DNA from: Candidatus Hydrogenedentota bacterium
GTDB taxonomy: Bacteria > Hydrogenedentota > Hydrogenedentia > Hydrogenedentales > SLHB01
NCBI GenBank assembly: GCA_045863335.1
Contig: BTVY01000010.1
Location: 78,265-142,264 of the forward strand
Reading direction: 5' to 3'
DNA: 64,000 nt
Under the pieces are notes generated by a model. It saw only the letters and a program-made list of their open reading frames with translations. It made no database searches and was not told where the DNA came from. Positions 18,482-28,734 of the stretch are shown one piece after another. The first letter of the stretch is position 1, and each line of letters opens with the position of its first letter. The position numbers and the translations under genes were made by a program.

Positions 18482-19978
18482 GTGGTCTCTGCCACCCTTG
18501 GTGTCCCTGGAACTCGTGAAATCGCAGGAAAACCCTACCCCGTGAAACGTACCGACGCTCAGAACGGGTTAGCCTGGCTCGCCGCCGGCGCCTTGGTGCT
18601 GGCGACCTGCGCGATCATCACCCTGTTGAGCCGCGAGTTTGTATACGGCGAATCTCACGCGGAGCGGCCCGTGCTCGCCGTGCTCGCCGCGTACTACCTC
18701 GGTTGGATTGGTTTCGCCGCGGCGGCTTTTTTGGTCTACCGGTCACAGTCAGGTTCGCTGCGGTGGATTCTTACCGTCGGAATCCTTGGCCGGATCATTC
18801 TTCTGCCTTCCAATCTCGTATTGGAGAACGACTGCTACCGCTACGTGCTGGACGGCGAGACAGTAAAGCATGGCGTAAATCCCTATCGTTGGGCGCCTGA
18901 TGAGGTGGAGGCACGCGCCCCGGAAGCGTTCCGCCGCGAACTCGCGACGGATCGGGCGCAGCTCGTGTTGTCCCGAGTGGGATATCCCGAGATCCCCACC
19001 ATCTATCCGCCTCTGGCGCAAGGGGCCTTTGCGGTCGGAGCCGCGATCGCGCCGTGGAACTGGATGGGTCAACGAATTGTGTTCTTGGCGGTGGATTTTG
19101 CGACCCAACTTGTCTTGCTCGGATTGCTGCGCGCCATCGGCAGACCATCGGGGTGGGTCGTGCTGTACGCCTGGAACCCGCTCATCCTAAAAGAGATCGC
19201 CAATTCTGCTCACGTAGACGCGCTCGTGGCGTTGTTCCTGGCCGTCTGTCTCTTCGGGCTGCTTGGCGCTGTACAGAGTCGTGGAAGCGCGTCTTGGTCC
19301 GCACTTGCTGGCGCCGCATTGGCCGCCGCCGTTCTCGGCAAATTGTACCCCGCGATCATCGCGCCGGTTTGCTGTCTCTACCTGATCGCTGCCGCTCCCG
19401 GATACACCGCGGCATCGAGTTTTCTGGCGGCGTTCTTCGGGACGTTCGTTTTGGGCTACCTGCCATTTTGGGGAGTGGGATTAGAACAACTGACTGCCGG
19501 GCTTCGCATTTATATAAGCGAATGGCAACGAAACGCGGGAGCTTTTGCCCTCATGAACGCCATGGTTCCATGGCCCAGAGTCGCCGCCGCGGGCATCGCA
19601 CTCACGACAATGGCCCTCGCTTCCATGGCGGCGTTTCGTGCTCGCGGCAATTTCGGCCGGCTGGTCGCTGCGGTGCAATGGACGTATCTTGCGTGGTTTC
19701 TGTTTCTTCCAGCGGCCTACCCCTGGTATGCAATCGGCCTTATTGCGGTATCCGTCGTGCGGCCCCGGCTTTGGGTTGTCGTCCTCAGTGGCGCATTCGG
19801 TTTGTACTACCTCCATTTCTGGATCGACTATCACGAGTTTCCGGCCACGTGGCACGCCTGGACTGCGCTCATTGAGCACGGTGCGGTGTGGACCAGTTTG
19901 GCCGTCGCGACGTGTTGCCGGGCGTACGGGCGATGTGCGGAGTTGACTCAAAACCGCTGGGCCGACGATGACAGATGA
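18482..19978 (+). CDS. GT-C fold membrane glycosyltransferase (GT87/DUF2029-like)
   Basis: ENDCYRYVLDG..GVNPY, TIYPP, YAWNPL..E...SAHVD, GKLYP and YPWY motifs; multiple TMs; start may be GTG 18542. Confidence 0.75.
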   Translation: MVSATLGVPGTREIAGKPYPVKRTDAQNGLAWLAAGALVLATCAIITLLSREFVYGESHAERPVLAVLAAYYLGWIGFAAAAFLVYRSQSGSLRWILTVGILGRIILLPSNLVLENDCYRYVLDGETVKHGVNPYRWAPDEVEARAPEAFRRELATDRAQLVLSRVGYPEIPTIYPPLAQGAFAVGAAIAPWNWMGQRIVFLAVDFATQLVLLGLLRAIGRPSGWVVLYAWNPLILKEIANSAHVDALVALFLAVCLFGLLGAVQSRGSASWSALAGAALAAAVLGKLYPAIIAPVCCLYLIAAAPGYTAASSFLAAFFGTFVLGYLPFWGVGLEQLTAGLRIYISEWQRNAGAFALMNAMVPWPRVAAAGIALTTMALASMAAFRARGNFGRLVAAVQWTYLAWFLFLPAAYPWYAIGLIAVSVVRPRLWVVVLSGAFGLYYLHFWIDYHEFPATWHAWTALIEHGAVWTSLAVATCCRAYGRCAELTQNRWADDDR

Positions 19979-20470
19979 TCTGAGAAATCCATACCAGTGA
20001 GCCGGAGTGCATTCTCGGGAGCAATATTCCCTACGACTCGCGGTATGGACAGTGAATAGCATGTACTCCGGCGGTGCGCAATGGGGGATCGGAAGGTGTG
20101 CGGGAAGACGACATCAAATTGTCCAGCCCGCGAATCTATGAGGTGAGAAGGGGTCTTCGGAAAGTTGAACATGCGGCTTGTGAAAGCGACCGCGAAACGG
20201 TCTCTTTACAATCCTGATCGGACCACTTCTTGGCCCTGGACCCTCCCCTCCCCACCATTCTATACCGGGCCCGCGCCTACCCCGGGCGCGGGCCCCAGGG
20301 CCGCTTTGAAACCCGAGCTTGAGGTTCGACGCAATTGCGATATCAAGATTCCGCCAGGACATTCCATCGTATTTGGCCCTAAGCGGTTGAGGCGAATTCG
20401 TTCAGGGGATTGTCGATCTCGACCGTGTTGGCCGTCTCGAATGGTTTGACTCGCTCGAACGAAAAGAGAG

Positions 20471-20501
20471 ACGGCCCCATGCGATGCGCGGACGGGGCCG
20501 T
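20471..20501 (-). terminator. Intrinsic terminator after the aminotransferase gene
   Basis: ACGGCCCC...GGGGCCGT stem followed on the minus strand by CTCTCTTTTC. Confidence 0.55.
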
Positions 20502-20523
20502 TGGACGTTACGGGTGAAACCTG

Positions 20524-21810
20524 CTAAATGGAAAGCGCGCGGTACTTTTTTCGCAGCGCTTGGGGGGAATCCGGCTGCACCTCGTCGATATTCTCGACGA
20601 TCTTCGCGACGGCCTTGGCGATGTCGTCCATGTCTTTCTGGGTTCCCATGAGCACATGGTGATGCACGGCGACGCCGGTTGCGCGATGCGCGTCTTCGCA
20701 GATCGGCAAACTAAACCGCTTGGGATTGATCTTCTTCCAGTATTCCGGATTCAGCTTGTGACGGCGCTTGGTGTGGGGCTTGTACAGGCCGCATGCATTG
20801 AGCGGTTCGTAGGGCGGCTCGAACCCGGCAAGCGTTTCCGCTGCGAGGGCCGCACAGAAATGGCCGTTGTTGAGATCCTTGCGGCCAATTTTTGACCAAT
20901 CCAGTCTGAACGTGAAATTGAAATAGCTGGCCTGTGTGATTTCCTTCCGGCGGCGCATGGGAACGATGCCCGGAATGCCGGCGAGTTGCTTGTTCAGGTA
21001 GATGGCGTTTTCGTCGCGCAGTTTGACCTGGCCATCGAGGCGGCCCAGACCGCCCAACAGGATTCCCGCCTGCCATTCCGTTAAGCGGTAGTTGCCGGAC
21101 TGTACAGCATTGGTCATGTCGTCCTTGTAGCCGCGGCCGCAGTTGCGGAGCGAGTACAGGCGCTCGAAGAGTACGTGGTCCTGCGTCATGTTGAACCCGC
21201 CCTCGCCGCTGGAAAGCACCTTGCTTTCCTGAAAGCTGAAGGAGGAGATGTCGCCGAGGCTGCCGACACCCTTGTTTTTCCAGAACCCACCGTGCTGGTG
21301 AGCGCAGTCTTCGATGAGGTAGAGGCCTTTGTCTTTGCAAAGCTTCTGGATCTTCGTCATGTCGGGCATGCAGCCGTAGAGATGCACCACGATAACGGCC
21401 TTCGTCTTGCTCGTGATTGCCGCCTCGATGGCGGGGACGCTGATGCACCAGGTGTCCGGCTCGACGTCGGCAAGAATGGGGATGGCATTGACATCCAGGA
21501 CCGCGGCGGCGGTTGCCTGCCAGGTCATGCCCGGCACGATCACTTCGTCGCCCGCGCCGATATCGAGTGCCTCGAGGGCCAATTGAATGCCGACGGTGCC
21601 GTTGGCGCAGCAGATGCCGTACTTGGACTTATGGTAGGCCGCGAACTCTTTGGCAAATTGCCATTCGTAGGGGCCGTCGTAGGACCAGCGGTTTGACTTG
21701 GTGATTGCGGCGAGGAGGTTTACGTCGCCGGCATCGTGAACCGGCCATTGGGGCCACTTCGCCGTCTTTCTGCGGACAGGCTTGCCGCCGTTGATTGCGA
21801 GCTTCGCCAT
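20524..21810 (-). CDS. DegT/DnrJ/EryC1/StrS PLP-dependent aminotransferase (RifK/BtrR-like)
   Basis: ANGT, GDEVIVP, VHLYG, IEDCAH and SFQESKVLSSGEGG (PLP Lys) motifs; GGAGG RBS before ATG 21810. Confidence 0.9.
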   Translation of the reverse strand: MAKLAINGGKPVRRKTAKWPQWPVHDAGDVNLLAAITKSNRWSYDGPYEWQFAKEFAAYHKSKYGICCANGTVGIQLALEALDIGAGDEVIVPGMTWQATAAAVLDVNAIPILADVEPDTWCISVPAIEAAITSKTKAVIVVHLYGCMPDMTKIQKLCKDKGLYLIEDCAHQHGGFWKNKGVGSLGDISSFSFQESKVLSSGEGGFNMTQDHVLFERLYSLRNCGRGYKDDMTNAVQSGNYRLTEWQAGILLGGLGRLDGQVKLRDENAIYLNKQLAGIPGIVPMRRRKEITQASYFNFTFRLDWSKIGRKDLNNGHFCAALAAETLAGFEPPYEPLNACGLYKPHTKRRHKLNPEYWKKINPKRFSLPICEDAHRATGVAVHHHVLMGTQKDMDDIAKAVAKIVENIDEVQPDSPQALRKKYRALSI

Positions 21811-21990
21811 GGAGTTCACCTCCCTTTCACGTTGGTGGTCGATTCGCGGGGAAATGGGACAAAAACGGCGCAGTCTAGCATGCCGATCTAAAGTGTTGCA
21901 AATGGGACGTTTATTCGGATTGCCCCGTTGGTTGGCGTTGTGCCGAAAGATTCGATACAACTACTTTTTTAACAACGCCTTATGCGAGTT

Positions 21991-22980
21991 TTACGATTTC
22001 ATTGGGACGACCGTGAACAGAGCTGTTATGTAGGCCACAAAAACGACGAGAAGAAAGGCGCCTTCGGCACGGCTGATCTTGCGGTGGCTCATCATGATCG
22101 GCATGCAGGCAATACTCAGACCAATCATGACGGGCGTGTCGAGCCAGAGGACTTGCGGGCTGACTTGCTGGTTGCGAACAATGCTGGTGATGCCGAGGAT
22201 GCCCAGCACATTGAAAATGTTGGACCCGAGAATATTGCCGATCGAGATGTCGGACTGCTTGCGCAGCGCGGCCACCAGTGAAGTGACGAGTTCGGGCGCA
22301 GAGGTCCCGGCGCTGATGATGGTGAGTGCGATCACGAGTTCCGACACGCCCAAGCTACGGGCGATGTTCACGGAAGATTCCACGAGCAGGTTCGATCCAC
22401 CCACGAGCATGAGCAAGCCAACGACGATCAGCACGACGGCCACTGGCAGGCGCGATACTGGTCCGGAGTCTTCCGCACCCAACTGCTCGTCGAGTTCCTT
22501 GACGATCTCCGCGCCGGTTGCCGCGTTTTCCGAACGGGCGCTTCGGTAACCGCGCACGAGGAAGGCGACAAGCCCCGCCGCCATAAGCGCGCCTTCCCAG
22601 CGTGTAATCTCACCACCGGTCAGTACCGCGAGGAACGGTATGAACGCGGTTCCGATGACCAGCCAGACCTCGCTTCGCACGACGGACGTGTTCACGGGGA
22701 TGGGGGCGATGAGCGCGGTCAGGCCCAGGATAAGCGCAATGTTGAAGATGTTGCTGCCGACCACGTTGCCGATGTTGATGTCGGCAAAGCCCTTCAGCGC
22801 CGCCGTAATCCCGGTGGCGAGTTCCGGGGTGCTGGTGCCAAAACCGACAATGGTGAGGCCGATAAAAAACGACGAAACACCCATGCGGCGCGCAAGGCCC
22901 GTGGCCCCGCGAACGAGTGCCTCGGCGCCAAGAGTCAGAATCGCCAGAGAACCAATCAACCCAAGAATGCTGAGGAACAT
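21991..22980 (-). CDS. Ca2+/Na+ antiporter (CaCA, YrbG-like), paralog 1
   Basis: Alpha repeats GTSTPE..GNVVGSNIFN and GTSAPE..GNILGSNIFN. Confidence 0.92.
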   Translation of the reverse strand: MFLSILGLIGSLAILTLGAEALVRGATGLARRMGVSSFFIGLTIVGFGTSTPELATGITAALKGFADINIGNVVGSNIFNIALILGLTALIAPIPVNTSVVRSEVWLVIGTAFIPFLAVLTGGEITRWEGALMAAGLVAFLVRGYRSARSENAATGAEIVKELDEQLGAEDSGPVSRLPVAVVLIVVGLLMLVGGSNLLVESSVNIARSLGVSELVIALTIISAGTSAPELVTSLVAALRKQSDISIGNILGSNIFNVLGILGITSIVRNQQVSPQVLWLDTPVMIGLSIACMPIMMSHRKISRAEGAFLLVVFVAYITALFTVVPMKS

Positions 22981-23013
22981 TGACTATCCTTCGTCCTGTG
23001 CTGGTTCGTACCG

Positions 23014-24015
23014 TTATGGAGAGGGGGCCTCGTTGCCCGCGGCGAAGACGAACAGCACCGTTACGTACGCTGCGTACACGCAAAGCAAAAATACACCTTC
23101 ACTCCGGCTGATGCGGCGATGGCTCATCATGATGGGCAGGCACGCGCAACTGACGGCCACCATGACGGGCAGGTCAAAGACGAAGACCTGACGGTTGACT
23201 GTCTGCGGGCTGACCAGGCTCGTGACTCCCAGAATGCCGAGCACGTTGAAGATGTTGGAACCGAGTATGTTGCCGATCGAGATGTCAGATTGCTTGCGCA
23301 ATGCGGCGACAAGGGATGTGAAGAGTTCCGGCGCAGAGGTTCCCGCGGCGACGATGGTGAGCGCGATGACCAAGTCGGACACGCCCAGCGAACGGGCGAT
23401 GTTCACCGATGACTGAACCAGCAACGTTGAACCGTAGACCAGCATTCCGAGTCCGATCAGAATCAAGACGACCTGGCCCGGTACGGAAGCACGCGAAAGC
23501 GGGGCCGGTACCTTCATCTCCGCGGCGATTTCAGCGGTCAATTCAGCGGACAGTCGTTCCGGTTCCTGCCTGCCCGCGCGGTAGCCGCGCGAAACATAGA
23601 CTACCAGCCCCACCACGAGCAGGGCGGCGAAAGGCCGGATGATCTGGCCGCCGGTTGCCAACGTCAGGAAGGGGATAAGCGAGGCGCCAATCACGATCAG
23701 CACTTCGTTGCGAACGACCGCGGTGTTCACCGGGATGGGCGAAATGAGTGATGTCACGCCGAGAATGAGCGCGATGTTGAAAATGTTGCTGCCGACCACG
23801 TTGCCGAGATTGACGTCGGTGTGGCCCTGCAGGGCGGCAGTCAGGCCGGTGGCGAGTTCCGGGGTGCTGGTGCCGAAACCGACAATGGTGAGGCCGATAA
23901 AGAACGACGAAACACCCATGCGGCTGGCCAATCCCGACGCACCGCGCACGAGCGCTTCCGCTCCCAGCGTGAGGATCGCCAGGGAGCACACCAACCAAAT
24001 CAGCGAGAGCCACAT
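23014..24015 (-). CDS. Ca2+/Na+ antiporter (CaCA, YrbG-like), paralog 2
   Basis: Same alpha-1/alpha-2 motifs; start at MWLSL by alignment to paralog 1. Confidence 0.92.
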   Translation of the reverse strand: MWLSLIWLVCSLAILTLGAEALVRGASGLASRMGVSSFFIGLTIVGFGTSTPELATGLTAALQGHTDVNLGNVVGSNIFNIALILGVTSLISPIPVNTAVVRNEVLIVIGASLIPFLTLATGGQIIRPFAALLVVGLVVYVSRGYRAGRQEPERLSAELTAEIAAEMKVPAPLSRASVPGQVVLILIGLGMLVYGSTLLVQSSVNIARSLGVSDLVIALTIVAAGTSAPELFTSLVAALRKQSDISIGNILGSNIFNVLGILGVTSLVSPQTVNRQVFVFDLPVMVAVSCACLPIMMSHRRISRSEGVFLLCVYAAYVTVLFVFAAGNEAPSP

Positions 24016-24232
24016 TGTCGTGCCTTTCCGCAGTTGCGGACCAATCCGCAACGGTCCCCGTAGCCAACGGCAGGGTCGCGGAAGTATATCAGGCACAGGA
24101 AACAATGCGCATGGTGACGCTGATTCCCATAGGTTCCACTCGAAAACAAGCCCGGCGCAGGTGTACACTCTTATGCATATGCTTGGGAGTGAGTAGTAAT
24201 CCCGGGCGTAAGCCTGCTGCAGGGAGCGCACC

Positions 24233-25039
24233 ATGACTGAACCGAAATCCGATCCCATCTGGGAATCCATCCGCGCAGAAGTCGCCGAGGAGGCCCGTAA
24301 AGAGCCCATGCTGGCGAACTTCCTGTATGGCGTCGTGTTGAATCACAAGAGCCTGGAGGACGCGTTGACGTTCTTGCTCGCGGCAAAGTTGGAGAGCACG
24401 ACGATCACGGCCATATCCCTGCGTGACCTGTTGGACGAGGCATACCGAAGCGACCCGGCCATCGGCGTGGCGGTACGCAACGATATCAAGGCCATTGTGA
24501 CCCGCGACCCGGCTTGCGGCGGGTATTCGGTGCCGCTGCTGTACTTCAAGGGTTTCCATGCGCTGCAATCCTACCGCGCGGCCCACTATTTCTGGACGCA
24601 CGGCCGGCGCTCGTTGGCCCTGTTTCTCCAGAGCCGGATATCGCAAACCTTCGCGGTGGACATCCACCCCGCCGCGCGCATCGGGTCGGGGATTCTCATC
24701 GACCACGCGACCAGCGTGGTCATCGGCGAGACGGCTGTGGTGGAGGATGACGTGTCCATGCTGCACGAGGTGACCCTTGGCGGTACGGGCAAACAACATG
24801 GCGACCGTCACCCAAAAATTCGCAAGGGGGTGCTCATCGGCGCGGGGGCAAAGATACTGGGCAACGTGGAAGTCGGCGCTGGCGCCAAAATCGGCGCGGG
24901 CAGTGTGGTACTGAAACCTGTGCCGCCTCATACCACCGCCGCTGGCGTGCCTGCGGAGATCGTGGGTACCACCCGCACGGATATTCCCGCCCTGGAAATG
25001 GATCACCGCATCAGCAACGGCGAGGGCGACGGCATCTAG
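24233..25039 (+). CDS. cysE: Serine O-acetyltransferase
   Basis: EPMLANFL N-terminal domain; RDPAC, FKGFHALQ, DIHPAA, GGTGKQHGDRHPK motifs; hexapeptide repeats. Confidence 0.95.
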   Translation: MTEPKSDPIWESIRAEVAEEARKEPMLANFLYGVVLNHKSLEDALTFLLAAKLESTTITAISLRDLLDEAYRSDPAIGVAVRNDIKAIVTRDPACGGYSVPLLYFKGFHALQSYRAAHYFWTHGRRSLALFLQSRISQTFAVDIHPAARIGSGILIDHATSVVIGETAVVEDDVSMLHEVTLGGTGKQHGDRHPKIRKGVLIGAGAKILGNVEVGAGAKIGAGSVVLKPVPPHTTAAGVPAEIVGTTRTDIPALEMDHRISNGEGDGI

Positions 25040-25080
25040 CGAAGCGGAGGCGCAACCTTCGTTGGATGAATGGCCTCCCC

Positions 25081-25161
25081 GAGGTGCCTCGGGCATCCTG
25101 CCCGTGATTCGAGGTGCCATGGCCTTCCAGGCCATGCTCCGTCATGGGCATCCTGCCCATA
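25081..25161. repeat. REP cluster, family A (GAGGTGCC + short palindrome)
   Basis: GAGGTGCCTCGGGCATCCTGCCCGTG, GAGGTGCCATGGCCTTCCAGGCCATG and CATGGGCATCCTGCCCAT between convergent genes; inverted homologues at 37523-37580. Confidence 0.7.
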
Positions 25162-25171
25162 CACGCACTGT

Positions 25172-26632
25172 TCACTCAAACGCCGCCCGCCGCGTATCAA
25201 TCGCGCTACCGAACGCAATTATCGTAAGCAACGCAACTGCCATGAGTGCCGAGAATCCGCATGCAAATGCGAGCGGCTTCGGACCGTTTTCCAATCCACT
25301 GCACCAACTGCTGCCCGCAGCCCACAACCCAATCGCGATCGGCCCGGCGAGAATCCCGAGCACGATCGCAAGTGCGGGTCGCCGGTAATACGCCGACGCA
25401 AACCAGCTCAAGCCGAAGGCCAACGCGCCGCCGTTGACCAGGGCCAAACCCATGACAACGAAGGGCGCTTCGTTCCACATGGTCCAGGTGAAGGCGGCGC
25501 CGAACCGGAGGTTCTGGTCTGCGGCGTTGTGGGCGACGATGAGTACGCATGCGTTCACGGTGCCGACGAGCGTTGCCGGCACGAGTGCCACGGCGACCTT
25601 GCTCCATTGTGCTTTCAGCCAGGGGATAGGCAGCGCCGCAAGGAACCGCCTCGCGCCGATGGCGTTTTCGTGGGCCATCTGCACGCCACTCCAGAACGCA
25701 AAGACCAGCACGCTCAGACCGATGCTGGCCAAGGCTCCGCCGCGCAGATAGGCGGCGGGTTCGCCGTTGAGGACCGAGGCGGCTGCCGCGACCGGGTAGG
25801 GAATTGCGACGACGAACAAGCCCAGCGCGATGGCCAGGCGGACTATTCGATAGTCCTTCCAGAAGAGCGCGTGGAACTCGCTGCCGCCCGATACCGGCGC
25901 TTCGCTTCCATCTGGCGCGGAGTCATGCACCCGATTGGGTAGAAATACGGAAATCGCATCGTTCACCGCGAGGCCGAAGCGGACGTACAACAACGTGCCG
26001 CCGAGGATGCCGGCAGCTCCCATCGCGGTCATGAGAAAGACGGCCGTCCAACTTAAAAAGATGGGACTCTCCGCTGAGAAGTACCACCGCGCGGCCGCTT
26101 GCGCGAGGTACACCGGGACGAGGGCCATCAATCCCGCGAAGGCGGCGCCTACGGCGGAGTTCAGGAAGAACGAAAGCAACCACGCGATGCCGAAGACGAA
26201 GAGTCCGGACGCGATGAATCCGGTCATGGCGACGGCCACCATGCCGAGGGCGTGCCATTCGAGGCCCATGCTGCGCATGGAAATAAGCAGGATCGCGAGA
26301 CTGATCGCCCAGAACGCAGCGACGAGGCCAAGCGAGACGATGAGTTTGCTGGCCGCCAAGCGACCTCGTTTCACGGGCAATCCGGCGAGAAAGATTGCCG
26401 AACTGTCTTCGGCCTCGCGCGCGAAGGCGTACCCGCCCATCAAGGCGCAGATCAGGATCGACGTGAACCGGGTCAATGACGCGCCGCCCGCGATCACCTT
26501 ATCCCAACCGAACCCGTTCGGGTCCATGTATACCAGGAGAAAGGCCAGCGCGTACGAAGCGATTACAAGCGCCACGCCCGCGAGAAATACGTCGCCGAAG
26601 ATACGGAGATCTTTCCAGAGAAGGCCCTTCAT
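25172..26632 (-). CDS. ABC-2 type transporter permease (two fused permease halves)
   Basis: Two repeats starting MKGLLWKDLR and FHALFWKDYR, each with E...FL.LP motif and about 6 TMs; overlaps the ATPase gene. Confidence 0.75.
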   Translation of the reverse strand: MKGLLWKDLRIFGDVFLAGVALVIASYALAFLLVYMDPNGFGWDKVIAGGASLTRFTSILICALMGGYAFAREAEDSSAIFLAGLPVKRGRLAASKLIVSLGLVAAFWAISLAILLISMRSMGLEWHALGMVAVAMTGFIASGLFVFGIAWLLSFFLNSAVGAAFAGLMALVPVYLAQAAARWYFSAESPIFLSWTAVFLMTAMGAAGILGGTLLYVRFGLAVNDAISVFLPNRVHDSAPDGSEAPVSGGSEFHALFWKDYRIVRLAIALGLFVVAIPYPVAAAASVLNGEPAAYLRGGALASIGLSVLVFAFWSGVQMAHENAIGARRFLAALPIPWLKAQWSKVAVALVPATLVGTVNACVLIVAHNAADQNLRFGAAFTWTMWNEAPFVVMGLALVNGGALAFGLSWFASAYYRRPALAIVLGILAGPIAIGLWAAGSSWCSGLENGPKPLAFACGFSALMAVALLTIIAFGSAIDTRRAAFE

Positions 26633-27555
26633 GCCGCGCGGCGCGCTCCCTTGATGAAGGCTTTGAAGATCGCTTCGAGATTGAGCGGACTAACCTCCAC
26701 TCGTTCGACGTGCGGGTTGCTTCGAAGGGTCGCCAATTCGGTTTCGGACATATCGAACACCGTAAGCGAAACTACGCGGTCCTGGGTGTCAAACAGGATG
26801 GCGCTATCCGGCCGCGGAATCGAGTCGCTGCTGGGTTTCAACGTCACCGTAATATCTCTCGTCTTTTCCAGCAGGTCGTCACGACTCGCGCATACGAGTA
26901 AGCGCCCTTCGTTGATAATGCCGATGGTGTCCGCCACTTTCTCGATATCGGACATGATGTGGCTGGAGAACAGGACCGTGCGCGGGCGGATCTGGATGAG
27001 CCGGTTGACGCCTTCGAGAAACTCTTCGCGGATCAAGGGGTCCAGGCCGGTCGTCGGCTCGTCCAGGATCAACATGTCGGGGTCGTGGCACAGGGCGAGG
27101 ATCAAGGCGAGCTTCGTCGTCATCCCGTGGGAGAGTTGCTTGACCTTCTTGCGCGGGTCGAGCCCATACTCGCGCAGCATGGTTTCGCACAGCGCGTCGT
27201 CCCAATGAGGGTAGAAGGATCGGGTGAACCAGAGCACTTCGGCGATGGTCATCCACGGATAGATGTGATGCCGCTCCGGCACATAGCCCACGCGCAAGCG
27301 GATTTCGTGGGCGTTGCTGCGCACGTCGTGGCCGAGCACGCGCACCTCGCCGGACGTGGGCGGCGTGAGGCCCATGAGCACCTTGATGGTCGTACTCTTC
27401 CCTGCGCCGTTGGGCCCGAGCAGGCCAAAGGAACAGCCTTCGGGAATCGTGAGGTCCAGACCATGGACACCGTCGCCGTGGCCGTATTCCTTGTGCAACC
27501 CCCGGATCTCGATGGGCGCAACGCCAATCTCCGGACTCGCCGTCGCCGTGGTCAT
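26629..27555 (-). CDS. ABC transporter ATP-binding protein (YtrB/DrrA-like)
   Basis: GPNGAGKST, LSHGM, LDEPTTGLDP and SSH motifs. Confidence 0.92.
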   Translation of the reverse strand: MTTATASPEIGVAPIEIRGLHKEYGHGDGVHGLDLTIPEGCSFGLLGPNGAGKSTTIKVLMGLTPPTSGEVRVLGHDVRSNAHEIRLRVGYVPERHHIYPWMTIAEVLWFTRSFYPHWDDALCETMLREYGLDPRKKVKQLSHGMTTKLALILALCHDPDMLILDEPTTGLDPLIREEFLEGVNRLIQIRPRTVLFSSHIMSDIEKVADTIGIINEGRLLVCASRDDLLEKTRDITVTLKPSSDSIPRPDSAILFDTQDRVVSLTVFDMSETELATLRSNPHVERVEVSPLNLEAIFKAFIKGARRAA

Positions 27556-27692
27556 GGGAAATCGCCTCCCGCCTGAGTTAAGGAATCTCACTCTACGGCA
27601 AAGACTGGAAAAGGGCAAGGGCTCTAGGGGCTGCCAGGGTTTGCCCTCGCTGTGAGAATTCGGGCGGCTCCGCGGATCCAATTATTGATGCA

Positions 27693-28685
27693 TCAAGATG
27701 TCGGCCAATAGACTCGGACCAAAGGAATCAGTGCTCGCGTTTCGGTATCCAGATTCTCGTAGTGTTGGAGGAGCAAGGCTACGAGTGCATCGAGGTCTAA
27801 CAACGTCAGCGGTACCGTCGCACGTTCGGCCTCGTAGTGTGCTTCCCGCGTAAAGCCACCCGTACTGATATATAAACCGCGATCGTTCTGCCGCAGTGCC
27901 CCAATAAAGCTCCGCACCGCGGGCGCACCCATTGGTTCCTTGGATCTATGTTTGACTTCGACGCGTATCCGGGGTTGCTCTAACCCCAATCCATCCGGCG
28001 AAGCAATGATATCCTTCCCTCGATCCGCACCAGGACCTGAGACAATGGTCCGATACCCCATCGCGCGAAGGATGCCTGCAATCAGATCTTGCATTTCATC
28101 CCACGCGAGTTTCTGAACTCGATCCTTCGTGAATTCGTAGCCCTGAGCGAGCACATCCTCTCGGATTCGTTCGAATTCTTCTGTTTGTTCCTCGACAGGC
28201 GCTGAGGGTCTAGCACCTTTTAACAGCCCATCCAGTTCGTGCCACACAGTCTGACCAATCTTGAAGATGGTTTGAATCGCACCTAACGTGTTGCGCGCGT
28301 CAGTTGATAAATCGTCGCGATTGACTTTTCCTGCCCAAGCGACTTTTCTCGTGTGTGGGTGGTCAGAGACCAACTGTGGGTTGAATTCGTAGCCCCCATG
28401 AATCTCGCCAACCAAATACTCGCGTGTGTCCGTGTTGTACGAAACCACCGGGTCACCGGGCTTCATGTCCAGGAGAAATGCGCCGACCTGAGTAACCGAA
28501 CTCACCCACTGTCCCGGCTTCCAGTCCGGATATTCTCTCTCTATTAAGGCACGAAGGGCCTTCTTCTCCGTTATGGTGGAGAGGTCCACCAACTGTGACC
28601 AACCTATCGCAATGACTCCGCGCTCGTAGAATTCGTCTATCACATATCCTGCACGGCCTGCCCTGACCATCCACGCTGTTGACAT
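27693..28685 (-). CDS. Mrr-family (type IV) restriction endonuclease
   Basis: C-terminal Mrr_cat: GPGADRGKDIIA..RVEVKH..VRSFIGAL..GLYISTGGFT; N-terminal AWMVRAG..IAIGW domain; AT-richer DNA. Confidence 0.85.
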   Translation of the reverse strand: MSTAWMVRAGRAGYVIDEFYERGVIAIGWSQLVDLSTITEKKALRALIEREYPDWKPGQWVSSVTQVGAFLLDMKPGDPVVSYNTDTREYLVGEIHGGYEFNPQLVSDHPHTRKVAWAGKVNRDDLSTDARNTLGAIQTIFKIGQTVWHELDGLLKGARPSAPVEEQTEEFERIREDVLAQGYEFTKDRVQKLAWDEMQDLIAGILRAMGYRTIVSGPGADRGKDIIASPDGLGLEQPRIRVEVKHRSKEPMGAPAVRSFIGALRQNDRGLYISTGGFTREAHYEAERATVPLTLLDLDALVALLLQHYENLDTETRALIPLVRVYWPTS

Positions 28686-28734
28686 AATAACCCCGCTGTC
28701 CAGACGGACTCTTGATTGCCGGAATCAAATAGGA

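Noticed and set aside
23014-24309. N-terminal extensions given by the ORF track (also 3661, 6569, 21960, 34099, 43280, 46919)
   Set aside because: They overlap neighbouring genes, promoters or repeats; downstream starts have RBS or signal-peptide support
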